This document shows, one piece after another, positions 1 to 9,565 of a DNA stretch of 64,000 nt. Every line of letters begins with the position of its first letter. Position 1 is the first letter of the stretch. The position numbers and the translations under genes were made by a program. Origin of the DNA: Candidatus Hydrogenedentota bacterium (GTDB taxonomy: Bacteria > Hydrogenedentota > Hydrogenedentia > Hydrogenedentales > JAEUWI01). Where the stretch lies: positions 1 through 64,000 of the forward strand of contig JAXMOL010000019.1 of NCBI GenBank assembly GCA_034669905.1, given 5' to 3'. The notes under the pieces are model-generated. The model had not been told where the DNA came from and did not search any database. It was given only the letters and a program-made list of their open reading frames with translations.

Positions 1-1
1 C

Positions 2-961
2 CCTGGACTCAAGGATGGCCGCTACATTTACGTTATCGAAGCCACGGAGCTGGAGCCCGGCGAAACCTATCACTTTGTAGTGGCAGATGGCGACAAGGCC
101 CTGACCAAAGAACGACGTTTTCGCCCACTGCCTCCGAAAGATGCGCCAATCCGGTTTATCTCCGGCGGGGATATGAGTATTTTACCCCGCGCCCATCGCA
201 TGACCAAGATGGCCGGCAACATGAATCCCATGTTTGGCCTTATCGGCGGGGATATTGCCTATGCCAATGGCGAATTCAAGAATGCCTGGATGTGGGACAA
301 GTGGCTGAATATGTGGGACCGCAACATGGTCACGGACGATGGCGTCATGATTCCCATGGTATTGGCGCTGGGCAACCACGAAGCCAACGACAGCGAAGGA
401 AGTCCGGAAGAAATTGCACCCTTTTTCTTCGGCTATTTTGCCCAGGGCGGTGTGCCCTATTTCACCCGGCAATTGCGCGATGACACCGTGCTTATCGTCC
501 TCGACTCGGGACATTCCGTTCCCCATGGGGGCGAGCAGGCCACCTGGCTCGAGGAGACTCTCCAGGCCCACGAGGCCACGCGCAACACCATCGCCATTTA
601 TCACGCCCCCCTCTACCCCAGCCATCGCAGCTTCGACGACCGGCGCGCCGTGGCAGGCCGGGAAAACTGGCTCTCCCTCTTTGACACCCATGGACTCCGG
701 GTTGCCCTGGAGAATCATGACCACACGTTTAAACGCACCAAGGTGCTCCGCAACAACGAAGTATCCGAAGAAGGCACGGTCTACCTCGGCGATGGCAGCT
801 TCGGCGTGTCTCCCCGTGACATTCCCGAGCCGGACCGGTGGTACCTGGAAAAGGGGTCTGGCACCCCCCACATCTGGCTGGTCGAAATTGATGCCGAAGG
901 CATGCGTTACACGGCCGTGAATGAATCCGGTTCCACGATTGACGAAGTCTCATTTGAATAG
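2..961 (+). CDS. Metallophosphoesterase (purple acid phosphatase-like), 5'-truncated by window edge
   Basis: Frame is open from position 2. Calcineurin-like motifs GGD, GGDIAY, LGNHE and NHDH; FN3-like remnant LEPGETYHF. Confidence 0.85.
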   Translation, partial: PGLKDGRYIYVIEATELEPGETYHFVVADGDKALTKERRFRPLPPKDAPIRFISGGDMSILPRAHRMTKMAGNMNPMFGLIGGDIAYANGEFKNAWMWDKWLNMWDRNMVTDDGVMIPMVLALGNHEANDSEGSPEEIAPFFFGYFAQGGVPYFTRQLRDDTVLIVLDSGHSVPHGGEQATWLEETLQAHEATRNTIAIYHAPLYPSHRSFDDRRAVAGRENWLSLFDTHGLRVALENHDHTFKRTKVLRNNEVSEEGTVYLGDGSFGVSPRDIPEPDRWYLEKGSGTPHIWLVEIDAEGMRYTAVNESGSTIDEVSFE

Positions 962-967
962 GTCGAA

Positions 968-1645
968 TTGATGTACATTTTGCTCCCCCCCAGCGAGGGG
1001 AAGAACGATACGCCCGGTGTGGGTGTGTTTTCGGAAGATTCCAAGGCCCTCCTGTCCGATACCCGGCCCGTCCTGCGACACGGAAAGGGTCTGAAGGTCG
1101 CCGAGCGTGCGAAGTTCTACGGTGTAAACAGTGCCGAGAAGGCGAAAGCGGCCCATGCATTGAACCAGGCCGTCCCTGATGCCCCCGTGCTCCCCGCCCT
1201 GGAGCGATACAGTGGCGTCGTCTACGATCATATCGGCTTGGATTCCATCGCTCCGGAAGCTAAAGAACGCCTCCTGGTAGTATCCGGGCTCTTTGGCCTG
1301 ATTCATGGCACAGCGGGCATTCCCCGGTACAAGCAGCCCATCAATCCCTGGCTCACACGGTATTGGAAGCCCCTAAACACCCTGCGACTTCAGGAACTGG
1401 CCCAGGGAGAACCGGTACTCGATTTGCTTTCACAGAGCTACCAGAAGGCCCTCGAATACCCGAATCGCATTCAAATCGACTTTCGGGTGCAGGGCGGCAA
1501 AAAAGCGGCCGGGCACTTCGGAAAAGCTATCAAGGGGCGATTTGTCCGCTTTTTACTGGAAAATAACATACAAGACACGGCGGGATTCGCACAATTCACG
1601 GAAGATGGCTACCGCTTTGATGGTGAGAATTTTATCCAGCAGTAG
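968..1645 (+). CDS. yaaA: YaaA/UPF0246 family peroxide stress protein
   Basis: ILLPPSEGK N-terminus, PALERYSGVVY, SGLFG, KAIKGRFVRFL. Confidence 0.8.
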   Translation: MMYILLPPSEGKNDTPGVGVFSEDSKALLSDTRPVLRHGKGLKVAERAKFYGVNSAEKAKAAHALNQAVPDAPVLPALERYSGVVYDHIGLDSIAPEAKERLLVVSGLFGLIHGTAGIPRYKQPINPWLTRYWKPLNTLRLQELAQGEPVLDLLSQSYQKALEYPNRIQIDFRVQGGKKAAGHFGKAIKGRFVRFLLENNIQDTAGFAQFTEDGYRFDGENFIQQ

Positions 1646-1714
1646 CCCGGCGCCCCCCACGGGGTGCATCATGGTTAAGCCATAGGCAGCCGGGAAGTTA
1701 GGGCGCATCAAAGT

Positions 1715-1744
1715 TTGACACCGCCCACAGCAATTTGATAAGCT
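1715..1744 (+). promoter_or_regulatory. Sigma70-type promoter of rplM-rpsI
   Basis: TTGACA (1715-1720), 18-bp spacer, TGa-TAAGCT extended -10 (1736-1744). Confidence 0.65.
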
Positions 1745-1819
1745 TCTTGCTCCGTTACATTTCTGCGCGCTGTCCCCCCCCTATACCGCGTGCAAATAAA
1801 CGCTAAGAGGAGCGAGTCT

Positions 1820-2251
1820 GTGAAGACTTACGTGCCCAAAGAGGGCGAAGTTAAAAAAGATTGGCACATTATTGATGCCGAAGGAAAGGTCCTTGGACGC
1901 GTTGCTGTCGAAGCGGCAAAGCTGCTGCGTGGCAAACACAAGCCGACCTACACGCCCTTCCTGGATTGTGGTGATCACGTTGTTATCATCAATGCAGCCA
2001 AAGCCAAAGTGACCGGCAACAAGGTAGTCGACAAGAAGTACTACCGCCACTCCGGTTACCCCGGTGGTCTTACGGAAATGAGCTACGGCGACATGATTGA
2101 GCGTTTCCCCGAACGCGCCATGTCCCTTGCGATTAAAGGCATGCTGCCCCACAATCGCCTCGGTCGTAAGCTGGCTACCAACTTCCGTGTCTATGGTGGT
2201 ACCGAGCACCCCCATGTGGCGCAGAACCCCAAACCCTACGACGTCAAGTAA
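1820..2251 (+). CDS. rplM: 50S ribosomal protein L13
   Basis: WHIIDAEGKVLGR, LRGKHKPTYTP, YYRHSGYPGGL; GTG start at 1820 after SD AGAGGAG. Confidence 0.98.
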   Translation: MKTYVPKEGEVKKDWHIIDAEGKVLGRVAVEAAKLLRGKHKPTYTPFLDCGDHVVIINAAKAKVTGNKVVDKKYYRHSGYPGGLTEMSYGDMIERFPERAMSLAIKGMLPHNRLGRKLATNFRVYGGTEHPHVAQNPKPYDVK

Positions 2252-2268
2252 CCTGGAGATAGCGAACC

Positions 2269-2670
2269 GTGATTGATAAGAACACCAACGAAATAGTTGC
2301 CGTCGGTCGCCGTAAACGCGCCACGGCCCGTGTACGCGTCAAGCCAGGTACGGGAAAGTTTGTCGTAAACGGCAAAGAGGTCAAGGATTACCTGGAACGC
2401 GACGTGCTCGTATTCCTGGCTACCCAGCCTTTCGAAGCTACCGGCACGGTAGACACCTTCGATGTGCGCGCCCGTTGCAGTGGTGGCGGCATCTCCGGTC
2501 AGGCCGGTGCCCTTCGCCTGGGTATTTCCCGCGCACTCGTGGAAAATGACGAGAACACCCAGTCCACGCTGCGTAAAGCTGGCTTCCTTACCCGCGACGC
2601 CCGTGAGGTTGAACGTAAGAAATACGGACAGCCCGGCGCCCGGAAACGCTTCCAGTTCTCCAAGCGTTAA
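2269..2670 (+). CDS. rpsI: 30S ribosomal protein S9
   Basis: GRRKRATARV, GGGISGQAGA, ERKKYGQPGARKRFQFSKR. Confidence 0.98.
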   Translation: MIDKNTNEIVAVGRRKRATARVRVKPGTGKFVVNGKEVKDYLERDVLVFLATQPFEATGTVDTFDVRARCSGGGISGQAGALRLGISRALVENDENTQSTLRKAGFLTRDAREVERKKYGQPGARKRFQFSKR

Positions 2671-2700
2671 GCCCAGCGACCAATATCTATCCTTCATTAT

Positions 2701-2731
2701 TCCCCCCGGAGTTTCTCCGGGGGATTTTTTT
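2701..2731 (+). terminator. Rho-independent terminator after rpsI
   Basis: TCCCCCCGGAG-TTT-CTCCGGGGGA followed by a T7 run. Confidence 0.85.
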
Positions 2732-2839
2732 GTTTGGGGGGATCGGGGCAAGGCGCACGATTGGAAGAATAGGTTCGTGGGACCTGTGGGACGCTACCCC
2801 CCAGGGTTGGGCCTGTCGAAGCGAATCCGGGTCGTCCGA

Positions 2840-4171
2840 TTACTCTGCTTCCGCTCCGAAAATACTCAGCCGGTGCGTCCGCAGGAATTCCCGTCGCTCG
2901 ACAATGACCTGAGGGCGTGGCGGGTAAAGAGTGCGGAGCCGTTCCAGATCATTGCCGAGCAAGACCTGGGTTCGCAGTTCGCTGTAGACGTTGTAGCGCT
3001 CGGTCCAGCGGTAGGCGCCATACAAGGAGGCCACGAAAAGGGCAAGACAGAGCAGGAGAATCTTCGCAGGCAGGAGACGACGGATGATCCAGCCATCACT
3101 GACTTTGGCCACCCAGTACAACTGGACCACGACCGCAATCCAGAGCGGATTGGCCACGGTGACATAGCGGGAACTGAGGGCCTGTTCCAACCCTTCATCC
3201 ACCCGTCCGAAAGCCGTCATGGTAGCCGTTCCCAAGGCATAGAGGGCCATCCCAATCCAGGGCGCGAGGGCATTGAGCGAAACCCGATAGGCGAGCAACT
3301 GCGCCAGGGTCACCCCCCATACGAGGAGGGCCAGCGCGCCCATGCAAACCGACAGGATCAGGTGCACGTTACCCATGGGCTGGCCCAGGTAGGCGAGGAG
3401 GTATAGCGCGCAGTGGAGAGGCTGACGCAGGGCCTCCATAAGCGAAGGGTGATAGGTGGGTGTTTCGTAGCCGTAGAGATAGGAAGCCATCACCACGACG
3501 CCCACGGTCCCCCATGCGGCAAGCTCCTGGCGCCAAAACCGCGGACGGGTGTGGCGCAAAAGTAGGAGAAGCAGAAAACCGATGGGCCAGATAAGCATGC
3601 CATTGGCGAAGGAATAGGTCGCCAGCACGCCGAAAATGGTGGCAAGGCCGACGCCGAAGGAGGTATAGCGCCGCAGGGAAAGACAGGACAGGGCAAGGAC
3701 AAGGGCCAGTACATTCATAAAGACCTGCATCTGCCAGCCGAGAAACCAATTCTGCCATTGGCTGAGCGAAAACACAATGAGGGTCATCACCATATAGACG
3801 GGCCCATTGTCGGACGCATGTATCTGCCCGCTCGTGCGGCGGATGAGCAGGGCCAGTGCCCCCCAGGTCAGAAGGGCCAGGAAAAAGTTTGTCGCGAGTT
3901 CCCAATAGATATTCCAGTGGCTCCACTGGGCGAGGGCGAGCATGACGAGCCGGGGAAAAATCAGGCGATGTTCGTTGTGCTGGGCCCAGAGGTCCTGAAA
4001 GCCCAAGGTCCCCATTGCGGACTTTTCAAGCAGAGGCACCAGTTCCCACTGATCATAATAGGGGATATCCAGGGAAAAGCGTCCATACATGGCCATCAGA
4101 AAAAGGAAGGCGAGCCACGCCGGTACGAGATAGAGGATGTACCGTGCACGGGGTGTCAGGGTTTCAAGCAC
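2840..4171 (-). CDS. Polytopic membrane protein, probable GT-C fold glycosyltransferase
   Basis: Many hydrophobic segments; first loop carries DIPYYDQW and QHNEHR; abuts a glycosyltransferase gene. Confidence 0.55.
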   Translation of the reverse strand: MLETLTPRARYILYLVPAWLAFLFLMAMYGRFSLDIPYYDQWELVPLLEKSAMGTLGFQDLWAQHNEHRLIFPRLVMLALAQWSHWNIYWELATNFFLALLTWGALALLIRRTSGQIHASDNGPVYMVMTLIVFSLSQWQNWFLGWQMQVFMNVLALVLALSCLSLRRYTSFGVGLATIFGVLATYSFANGMLIWPIGFLLLLLLRHTRPRFWRQELAAWGTVGVVVMASYLYGYETPTYHPSLMEALRQPLHCALYLLAYLGQPMGNVHLILSVCMGALALLVWGVTLAQLLAYRVSLNALAPWIGMALYALGTATMTAFGRVDEGLEQALSSRYVTVANPLWIAVVVQLYWVAKVSDGWIIRRLLPAKILLLCLALFVASLYGAYRWTERYNVYSELRTQVLLGNDLERLRTLYPPRPQVIVERREFLRTHRLSIFGAEAE

Positions 4172-5389
4172 TCACGTATTCCTGACGCCAAAGCGTGGTT
4201 TGAGATAGGCTTCCAGCGCCTGAAGGCGGTGCCGGTGGGTGTGCTCGGCGAGCACCCGCTTCCGGGCATTTCGTACATAGGCCGCGCGCTCCTCGGGGTG
4301 TTTCAGGTACCAGGCCACTTTGTCGCTGAGTTCGGGCAAGCTCTCGTAGGTTACCATCTCCGTCTCCACATCAAAGAGGTCATGCAGATCCGGCTGGTTA
4401 TCGGTGATCAAAAATCCACCTGCGGCCGGACAATCAAAAACCCGCTGATTGACCGCGTCCCGCATCTGGAGGCTCGTATTGTTGAGATTTACTTTCGTGG
4501 AGCGATAGAAGGGTGCCAGATCATCAAAGTACCCTACGTTGGACTCGTAGTTGTCGAGCACCTTCTTCCAACTGGCATCTCCCCGGGCCTCAATGCCCAT
4601 GGGAATAAGGTGGCGCACCAGACTCAGCCGCTGTTCGGAGGTAGCATGATAATTCATCAGCAACTCCGCATTGCGCTGCTGCCCTTCGGTGAGCGAATCA
4701 TACAGCTCAGCACCGATAATAGACGCCACACCCTTGTTGTAGCTGTCCCGGGTCACCCGCCCTTCCCGCAGGGCCGATGTCACGGCCTCGACCACGTGGG
4801 GCACGTCCTGGTGCTTTTCCAGGGCCTCGCCCAGCTGGACCAACATGGAATTTCCCACGAAGGCCAGGTCCCGCTCAAAGGTCGTTGCCGGTTCGCCGTC
4901 AAACAATTCCGGGTCCGTCGCCAGGGGCATATAGTGCACATGCGAAAAGCCGTAGGCCTCCAAATGGGGCGTAAAGGCTTTCTCCCAGGTGGCCGCGACG
5001 GCGTACTCCGAGATGTACATGGTGCGATCGAAGAGGATCATCCGGGGCGTATCGGTAAACCAGCTTACGTAGGGAATGCGCGCATCATTAAAGAAGCGCG
5101 CAAACATGCCGGCCATGTCCATGCCCGCATAGTTGGAAGTGAGAATAAAGTCGGGTTTGAATTCACCCAGCGCGCGGAAGAGGGCGGCAATATCATCGCG
5201 GGTAAGCCCCCCCGCAATTACCGATGGGACGGTTGCCACCTCCCACCCCAGGGACTCCGCCGCCCGGCGCCAACTCTTGTCAAAGAAATAGCCCGTATCG
5301 AGGATAAGTACCCGCGTGGAATCCCGAAACTTGGGATAGTCGAGGAATTTTCGCATACCTTCGGTGATATGTAGTCGGGGACCTGTCAT
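4172..5389 (-). CDS. CgeB-like glycosyltransferase (GT-B, Glyco_trans_1_2-like)
   Basis: SWFTD, YMPLATDP, DLAFVG, NQRVFDCPAAGGFLITD, EHTHRHRL; start taken at ATG 5389. Confidence 0.8.
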   Translation of the reverse strand: MTGPRLHITEGMRKFLDYPKFRDSTRVLILDTGYFFDKSWRRAAESLGWEVATVPSVIAGGLTRDDIAALFRALGEFKPDFILTSNYAGMDMAGMFARFFNDARIPYVSWFTDTPRMILFDRTMYISEYAVAATWEKAFTPHLEAYGFSHVHYMPLATDPELFDGEPATTFERDLAFVGNSMLVQLGEALEKHQDVPHVVEAVTSALREGRVTRDSYNKGVASIIGAELYDSLTEGQQRNAELLMNYHATSEQRLSLVRHLIPMGIEARGDASWKKVLDNYESNVGYFDDLAPFYRSTKVNLNNTSLQMRDAVNQRVFDCPAAGGFLITDNQPDLHDLFDVETEMVTYESLPELSDKVAWYLKHPEERAAYVRNARKRVLAEHTHRHRLQALEAYLKPRFGVRNT

Positions 5390-5500
5390 GGCGGCATAAT
5401 ATCGTATTGCCCAATATGGAATCACGCCCGGGGAAGAAAAAGGCGAAAAAATCCTTTGCCCGACACCCTGCCAGCGCCCATAGGGCCCACCACCAGCCCC

Positions 5501-5866
5501 TTACTTCGGCCCTTCCACCTCGGTAATCTTGTTGTGCTCATCGACATGCACGACGGTGGGCACAAAGGCCCGGGCTTCTTCCGCGTCCATTTGGGCGTAG
5601 GTCAATGCGATCACCAGGTCGCCCGGCTCGCCCAACCGCGCGGCGGCGCCATTCAGGCAGACCACGCCACTCCCCCGCTCGCCCTCGATGATATAGGTGG
5701 AGAAGCGTGCGCCGGTGTTAATGTTGAGGACGTGCACCTCTTCATTGGGAATCATGTTGGCCGCCTCCATGAGATCGGGGTCCAGCGTGAGGCTCCCCTT
5801 GTAATGGAGTTCCGCCTGGGTCACCACGGCGCGGTGTATTTTGCTCTTAAACATGGTCAGCAACAT
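5501..5866 (-). CDS. panD: Aspartate 1-decarboxylase
   Basis: [14 protein letters not shown] self-cleavage site, NGAAAR. Confidence 0.97.
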   Translation of the reverse strand: MLLTMFKSKIHRAVVTQAELHYKGSLTLDPDLMEAANMIPNEEVHVLNINTGARFSTYIIEGERGSGVVCLNGAAARLGEPGDLVIALTYAQMDAEEARAFVPTVVHVDEHNKITEVEGPK

Positions 5867-6750
5867 GAAACAGATTCCTCATTCAACGAAGGAGCGGAAG
5901 CGGCACACGCCACCGGCACCTGGAACTTGATATTGTCTATCAGTCGGGCGGCTCCCATATTCACGGCAACGGCCAGGAGCACCTCACCGGCCACCTTGCT
6001 CACGGGCACCATCGTCTGGGCATCCACCAGTACGGCATAGTCGATGGGCAGGGGGGCCATCCCGGTGCGCACGGCACCAAGAAGCGTTTTCGCATCACGC
6101 TCACCGGCCACCATCATCCCGTGGGCGGTGCGCAAAGCGGCCGAAATACGCAGGGCCTCTTTGCGCTCCACATCGGACAGATAACGGTTGCGGGAGCTCA
6201 TGGCAAGTCCATCGGGCTCGCGCACAATGGGCATTTCCACCACCTCAACGCCCATATCCAGGTCAGCGGCCATGCGCTTGATGATGGCGCACTGCTGGGC
6301 ATCTTTCTGTCCAAAGTAGGCGTGGTCCGGCAAGACGGTGCAGAACAACTTGGTCACGACCGTGGCCACTCCCCGAAAGAAATGGGGCCGGGAAAGGCTG
6401 CACAAGCCCTCGGAGAGTCCTTCGACCGTCACATAGGTGGCATATCCCTCGGGATAGAGCGAATCGGTCTCCGGGGCATACACCACGTCCACCCCGAGTT
6501 CTTCCAAGAGGGCGCAATCGGCCTCAAAGGTGCGGGGATAGGTGTCGAGATCTTCGTGGGGCGCGAACTGCGTGGGATTGACGAAGATACTCACTACCGA
6601 AACGGCATCCCGGGCGACCGCCTCCCGAACCAGACTGGCGTGGCCCTCGTGCAGCGCCCCCATGGTGGGCACGAATCCAATACTACGTCCGGCGGCCTTT
6701 TCGGAAATTGCGAAGGCGCGCATCGTTGCTTTGTCGCGTATGATTCTCAT
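5857..6750 (-). CDS. panC: Pantoate-beta-alanine ligase
   Basis: [43 protein letters not shown]. Confidence 0.97.
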   Translation of the reverse strand: MRIIRDKATMRAFAISEKAAGRSIGFVPTMGALHEGHASLVREAVARDAVSVVSIFVNPTQFAPHEDLDTYPRTFEADCALLEELGVDVVYAPETDSLYPEGYATYVTVEGLSEGLCSLSRPHFFRGVATVVTKLFCTVLPDHAYFGQKDAQQCAIIKRMAADLDMGVEVVEMPIVREPDGLAMSSRNRYLSDVERKEALRISAALRTAHGMMVAGERDAKTLLGAVRTGMAPLPIDYAVLVDAQTMVPVSKVAGEVLLAVAVNMGAARLIDNIKFQVPVACAASAPSLNEESVSCC

Positions 6751-7541
6751 TCGTACCCGTGCTCCTCTGCGGGGTAGACCCCGGCGTTGACGGCACCCAC
6801 ATAATCAGACACGGCCTGCCCGATGGCAGCCCGGGCGTCGAAGAAGGTGTGGGCAAAGCGGGCCTTGCCCCAACCGAGAATATCGTGCAAGACGAGTACC
6901 TGGCCATCGCAGCCGGCGCCCGCACCGATTCCAATGGTCGGAATGGTCAGCGCTTCGGAAACAGCCGTCGCCAGGTCGCGGGGAATACATTCCAGTACAA
7001 TGGCAAAGCACCCGGCATCTTCCAGGGCGCGGGCGTCGGCCAGTAATTGGGCCTGGGCCTCGTCTCCCCGCCCCTGCACCCGGAAACCACCGAACTGATG
7101 GACGGCCTGCGGCGTAAGGCCCAAATGGCCCATGACGGGGATGCCCGCATCGAGAATGGCACCCAAGGCCTTCCCAATGCGACGGACAGGGCCTTCTACC
7201 TTGACGGCGTGCCCCCCCCCTTCGGCGATAAGACGCCCGGCATTACGCACGGACTCTTCGGGGCTGATGTGGTAGGAAAGAAAGGGCATGTCGGCCACGA
7301 CCAGCGCGCGCTTCACGCCACGGCTCACCATTCGGGTATGGTGCAGGATGTCGTCTAGGGTTACGGGAAGGGTGGAATCGTAGCCCATGACGGCCATGCC
7401 GACAGAATCGCCGACGAGAATGGCATCCACTTCTGCCTCATCAAGCAGACAGGCCGACGGATAGTCGTATGCGGTGAGCATACTGATTTTTTCGCCCCGG
7501 GCCTTGCGGTCCCGAAACGACAGGGTGGTGACCTTGGTCAC
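6747..7541 (-). CDS. panB: 3-methyl-2-oxobutanoate hydroxymethyltransferase
   Basis: MLTAYD, ILVGDS, DMPF, GHLGLTPQ, GIGAG, DGQVLV. GTG at 7541 is 7 nt from SD AGGAGG; ATG 7547 is too close to the SD. Confidence 0.97.
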   Translation of the reverse strand: MTKVTTLSFRDRKARGEKISMLTAYDYPSACLLDEAEVDAILVGDSVGMAVMGYDSTLPVTLDDILHHTRMVSRGVKRALVVADMPFLSYHISPEESVRNAGRLIAEGGGHAVKVEGPVRRIGKALGAILDAGIPVMGHLGLTPQAVHQFGGFRVQGRGDEAQAQLLADARALEDAGCFAIVLECIPRDLATAVSEALTIPTIGIGAGAGCDGQVLVLHDILGWGKARFAHTFFDARAAIGQAVSDYVGAVNAGVYPAEEHGYE

Positions 7542-7551
7542 GTGCATTCCT

Positions 7552-7608
7552 CCTGAACCGTAGACGTACCCGTCCCGGTCCCGTAGGCTCCAAGCGGAGC
7601 GGTTCAGG
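7552..7608 (-). promoter_or_regulatory. Structured cis-regulatory hairpin upstream of panB (pan RNA motif-like)
   Basis: Minus strand: CCTGAACCG/CGGTTCAGG outer stem overlapping the SD; inner CCG-CTTGG...CC-TACG-GG...CCGGG-A-CGG with a bulged A. Confidence 0.6.
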
Positions 7609-8098
7609 GAACTATTTTCGCGCGTTTCTTAATCCAGCCTTCCACTTCCGGACGGGTGGCCAATTCCGCAATCGTGGCGCCCGTAACCGGGTCTACCTGA
7701 TCGGCCGCAATTTCGGCCATGGGCACCAACACAAAGGCCCGTTGCCGAAACTCTTTGTGGGGCAAGGTCAGCCGTTCGGATGAAAAGATGGTGTCACCCC
7801 ACAAGATGAGGTCGATATCAATCTCGCGGGGTCCCCAGCGGGTGGTCTTGTTGCGACCAATACGCTGTTCGATAGCTTTGACCACCTTCAGGAGTTCAAG
7901 CGGAGCAAGCTCCGTCTCAATCTCGGCGGCCATATTCAGAAACGCGGGCTGATCTTTAATCCCGATCGGCTCGGTTTCATAGCAGTGGGAGTGGGAACGC
8001 AGGGTGATCGCGGGTTCCTCGGAAAGGGCCCGAAGGGCAGCCTGCAAGGCGGAGCTACGGTCCCCCATATTACTACCCAGACTCAACTGAACATACAT
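7604..8098 (-). CDS. folK: 2-amino-4-hydroxy-6-hydroxymethyldihydropteridine diphosphokinase
   Basis: LSLGSNMGDR, YETEP, FLN, RWGPREIDIDLI, LPH, RAFVLVP. Confidence 0.95.
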   Translation of the reverse strand: MYVQLSLGSNMGDRSSALQAALRALSEEPAITLRSHSHCYETEPIGIKDQPAFLNMAAEIETELAPLELLKVVKAIEQRIGRNKTTRWGPREIDIDLILWGDTIFSSERLTLPHKEFRQRAFVLVPMAEIAADQVDPVTGATIAELATRPEVEGWIKKRAKIVP

Positions 8099-8207
8099 GG
8101 GAGAAACTACCTTGGAAACCTGCACTGCGCTCAAACTCACTGAATCCAAAGTATAGCATAGAAGATTCTTTGACCACTAGCCAATTCAACAGCCCATACC
8201 GGACGGC

Positions 8208-9329
8208 TTATTCCAGGATTTCAACCCGATTTCCATCGGTTACCCGGGCATCCATGGCGGTGATCCACTCCCGAATCAGGGCCACGCCCTCGTCATGTAC
8301 CATACGCTTGGGCAGGGGCGGCATCATGACCCCCCCTTCCACACTTTCGACACGATGGACCAGGATAGACTTTTCCGGATGCTTAGGCTCGATACCAAAA
8401 CGGTGTCCTCCCGATCCCCTTCCCGCGGCGACAGGGGCCTTAAAGACCCCGTATTTTCCGGCGTCATCCTGATCGAAGGAAAGGTCCAGCCCGGACATGT
8501 GGGCCGGTCCCCGGGGATTGTGGCAGTGGGCACAGTTGATATCGAGATAGGCCCGCGCCCGGGCATTGAGCGAGCCCGAGTCCGGGTTGCTGGCGTCGGG
8601 CATATGGGGTGCCATTTCAGGGGACGGGGCGCCCTCCAGGTATCCGGTCTCTTGCCACTTCAGCAGCTGGTTCCAGGCACCGCCCTCGTAATCGAAGTCA
8701 CGATTCAGATGGCGGGCCTGGGGGCCGATGGGTTTCAAGAGTCCGGCCCGTTCGTGGCACTGCTTACATTCGTTCATATTGGGAATGATGTATCCCTTTA
8801 CCTCGCGGGTCTCGCCGTCATAGTGAATCCAGCTGACATCCACACGTCCGCCGGCGACTGCCAGTTTGGCATCGGTGCCCTCTTCGTTCCACTTGTAGGA
8901 AAAGCCCACCCATCCCTCGGGCTTGTGAATGAGCAGCCGGGTTTCTATGAGCCGCTCGCCCTTTTCCGGATCGCGGATATCGTGCAGGTAACCAAAGGTC
9001 TTGACCAGTACCGCCCCGATGGGAAAATCGAAGGCCTCGGTCGGGTTGTAGGTCGCCGCCGTACCATCGGGCATCCAGACGAAGCGGTGCTTGTTGGCAT
9101 AGTCGGTGTAGAGGGGCGTGTTCAGGGTATAGGGCAGCACACCTTCGTTGGGCTGCTGCTGTTGGGGGTCCACAAAGAGATTGTAGGCCGACAGGTAACG
9201 CTCCGGAACTCGCTCCAAATCGATCGATACGGGTGCGACCTGCGATTCTGCCGACAGGCTAATCGAAAGTACCGATGCAAGCATTCCGTACGCCATTAGC
9301 GTCTGCAACCTTATTTTCCGTAACTTCAT
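8208..9329 (-). CDS. Exported diheme c-type cytochrome (SO2930/HNE_0200-like)
   Basis: Signal-like N-terminus; two CxxCH (CKQCH, CAHCH); YTLNTPLYTDYA.KHRF, FPIGAVLVKTF, IETRLL, MMPPL. Confidence 0.8.
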   Translation of the reverse strand: MKLRKIRLQTLMAYGMLASVLSISLSAESQVAPVSIDLERVPERYLSAYNLFVDPQQQQPNEGVLPYTLNTPLYTDYANKHRFVWMPDGTAATYNPTEAFDFPIGAVLVKTFGYLHDIRDPEKGERLIETRLLIHKPEGWVGFSYKWNEEGTDAKLAVAGGRVDVSWIHYDGETREVKGYIIPNMNECKQCHERAGLLKPIGPQARHLNRDFDYEGGAWNQLLKWQETGYLEGAPSPEMAPHMPDASNPDSGSLNARARAYLDINCAHCHNPRGPAHMSGLDLSFDQDDAGKYGVFKAPVAAGRGSGGHRFGIEPKHPEKSILVHRVESVEGGVMMPPLPKRMVHDEGVALIREWITAMDARVTDGNRVEILE

Positions 9330-9503
9330 CCGCGCTACTCCACTGTTCCACGATGAGAACTGTGCCGCGAGAGCCACCACGATGACTTTCTGCGTGCTTC
9401 CATGACCAACCTATTCATTCCTGTGAGACCCGAGTCTATACCACGTATATGGACCCGGCAGGGCCCGGATTGGTTTTCGCCTCTCCCGAGTCGCGGAAGA
9501 AAC

Positions 9504-9538
9504 AAAAAAATATCCGACCCCTAAGTAGAGGCCGGATA
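9504..9538 (-). terminator. Rho-independent terminator after the pilin/HEAT operon
   Basis: Minus strand TATCCGGCCTCT-ACTT-AGGGGTCGGATA followed by a T7 run. Confidence 0.75.
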
Positions 9539-9565
9539 AGGCGTTACAGGCTCATGCAGCCCGAG

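Noticed and set aside
3758..5374. 538-aa plus-strand ORF
   Set aside because: Antisense to two well-supported minus-strand genes.
7212..7220. C9/G9 homopolymer in panB as a phase-variation site
   Set aside because: In frame (Gly codons) in a housekeeping gene; unremarkable at this GC content.
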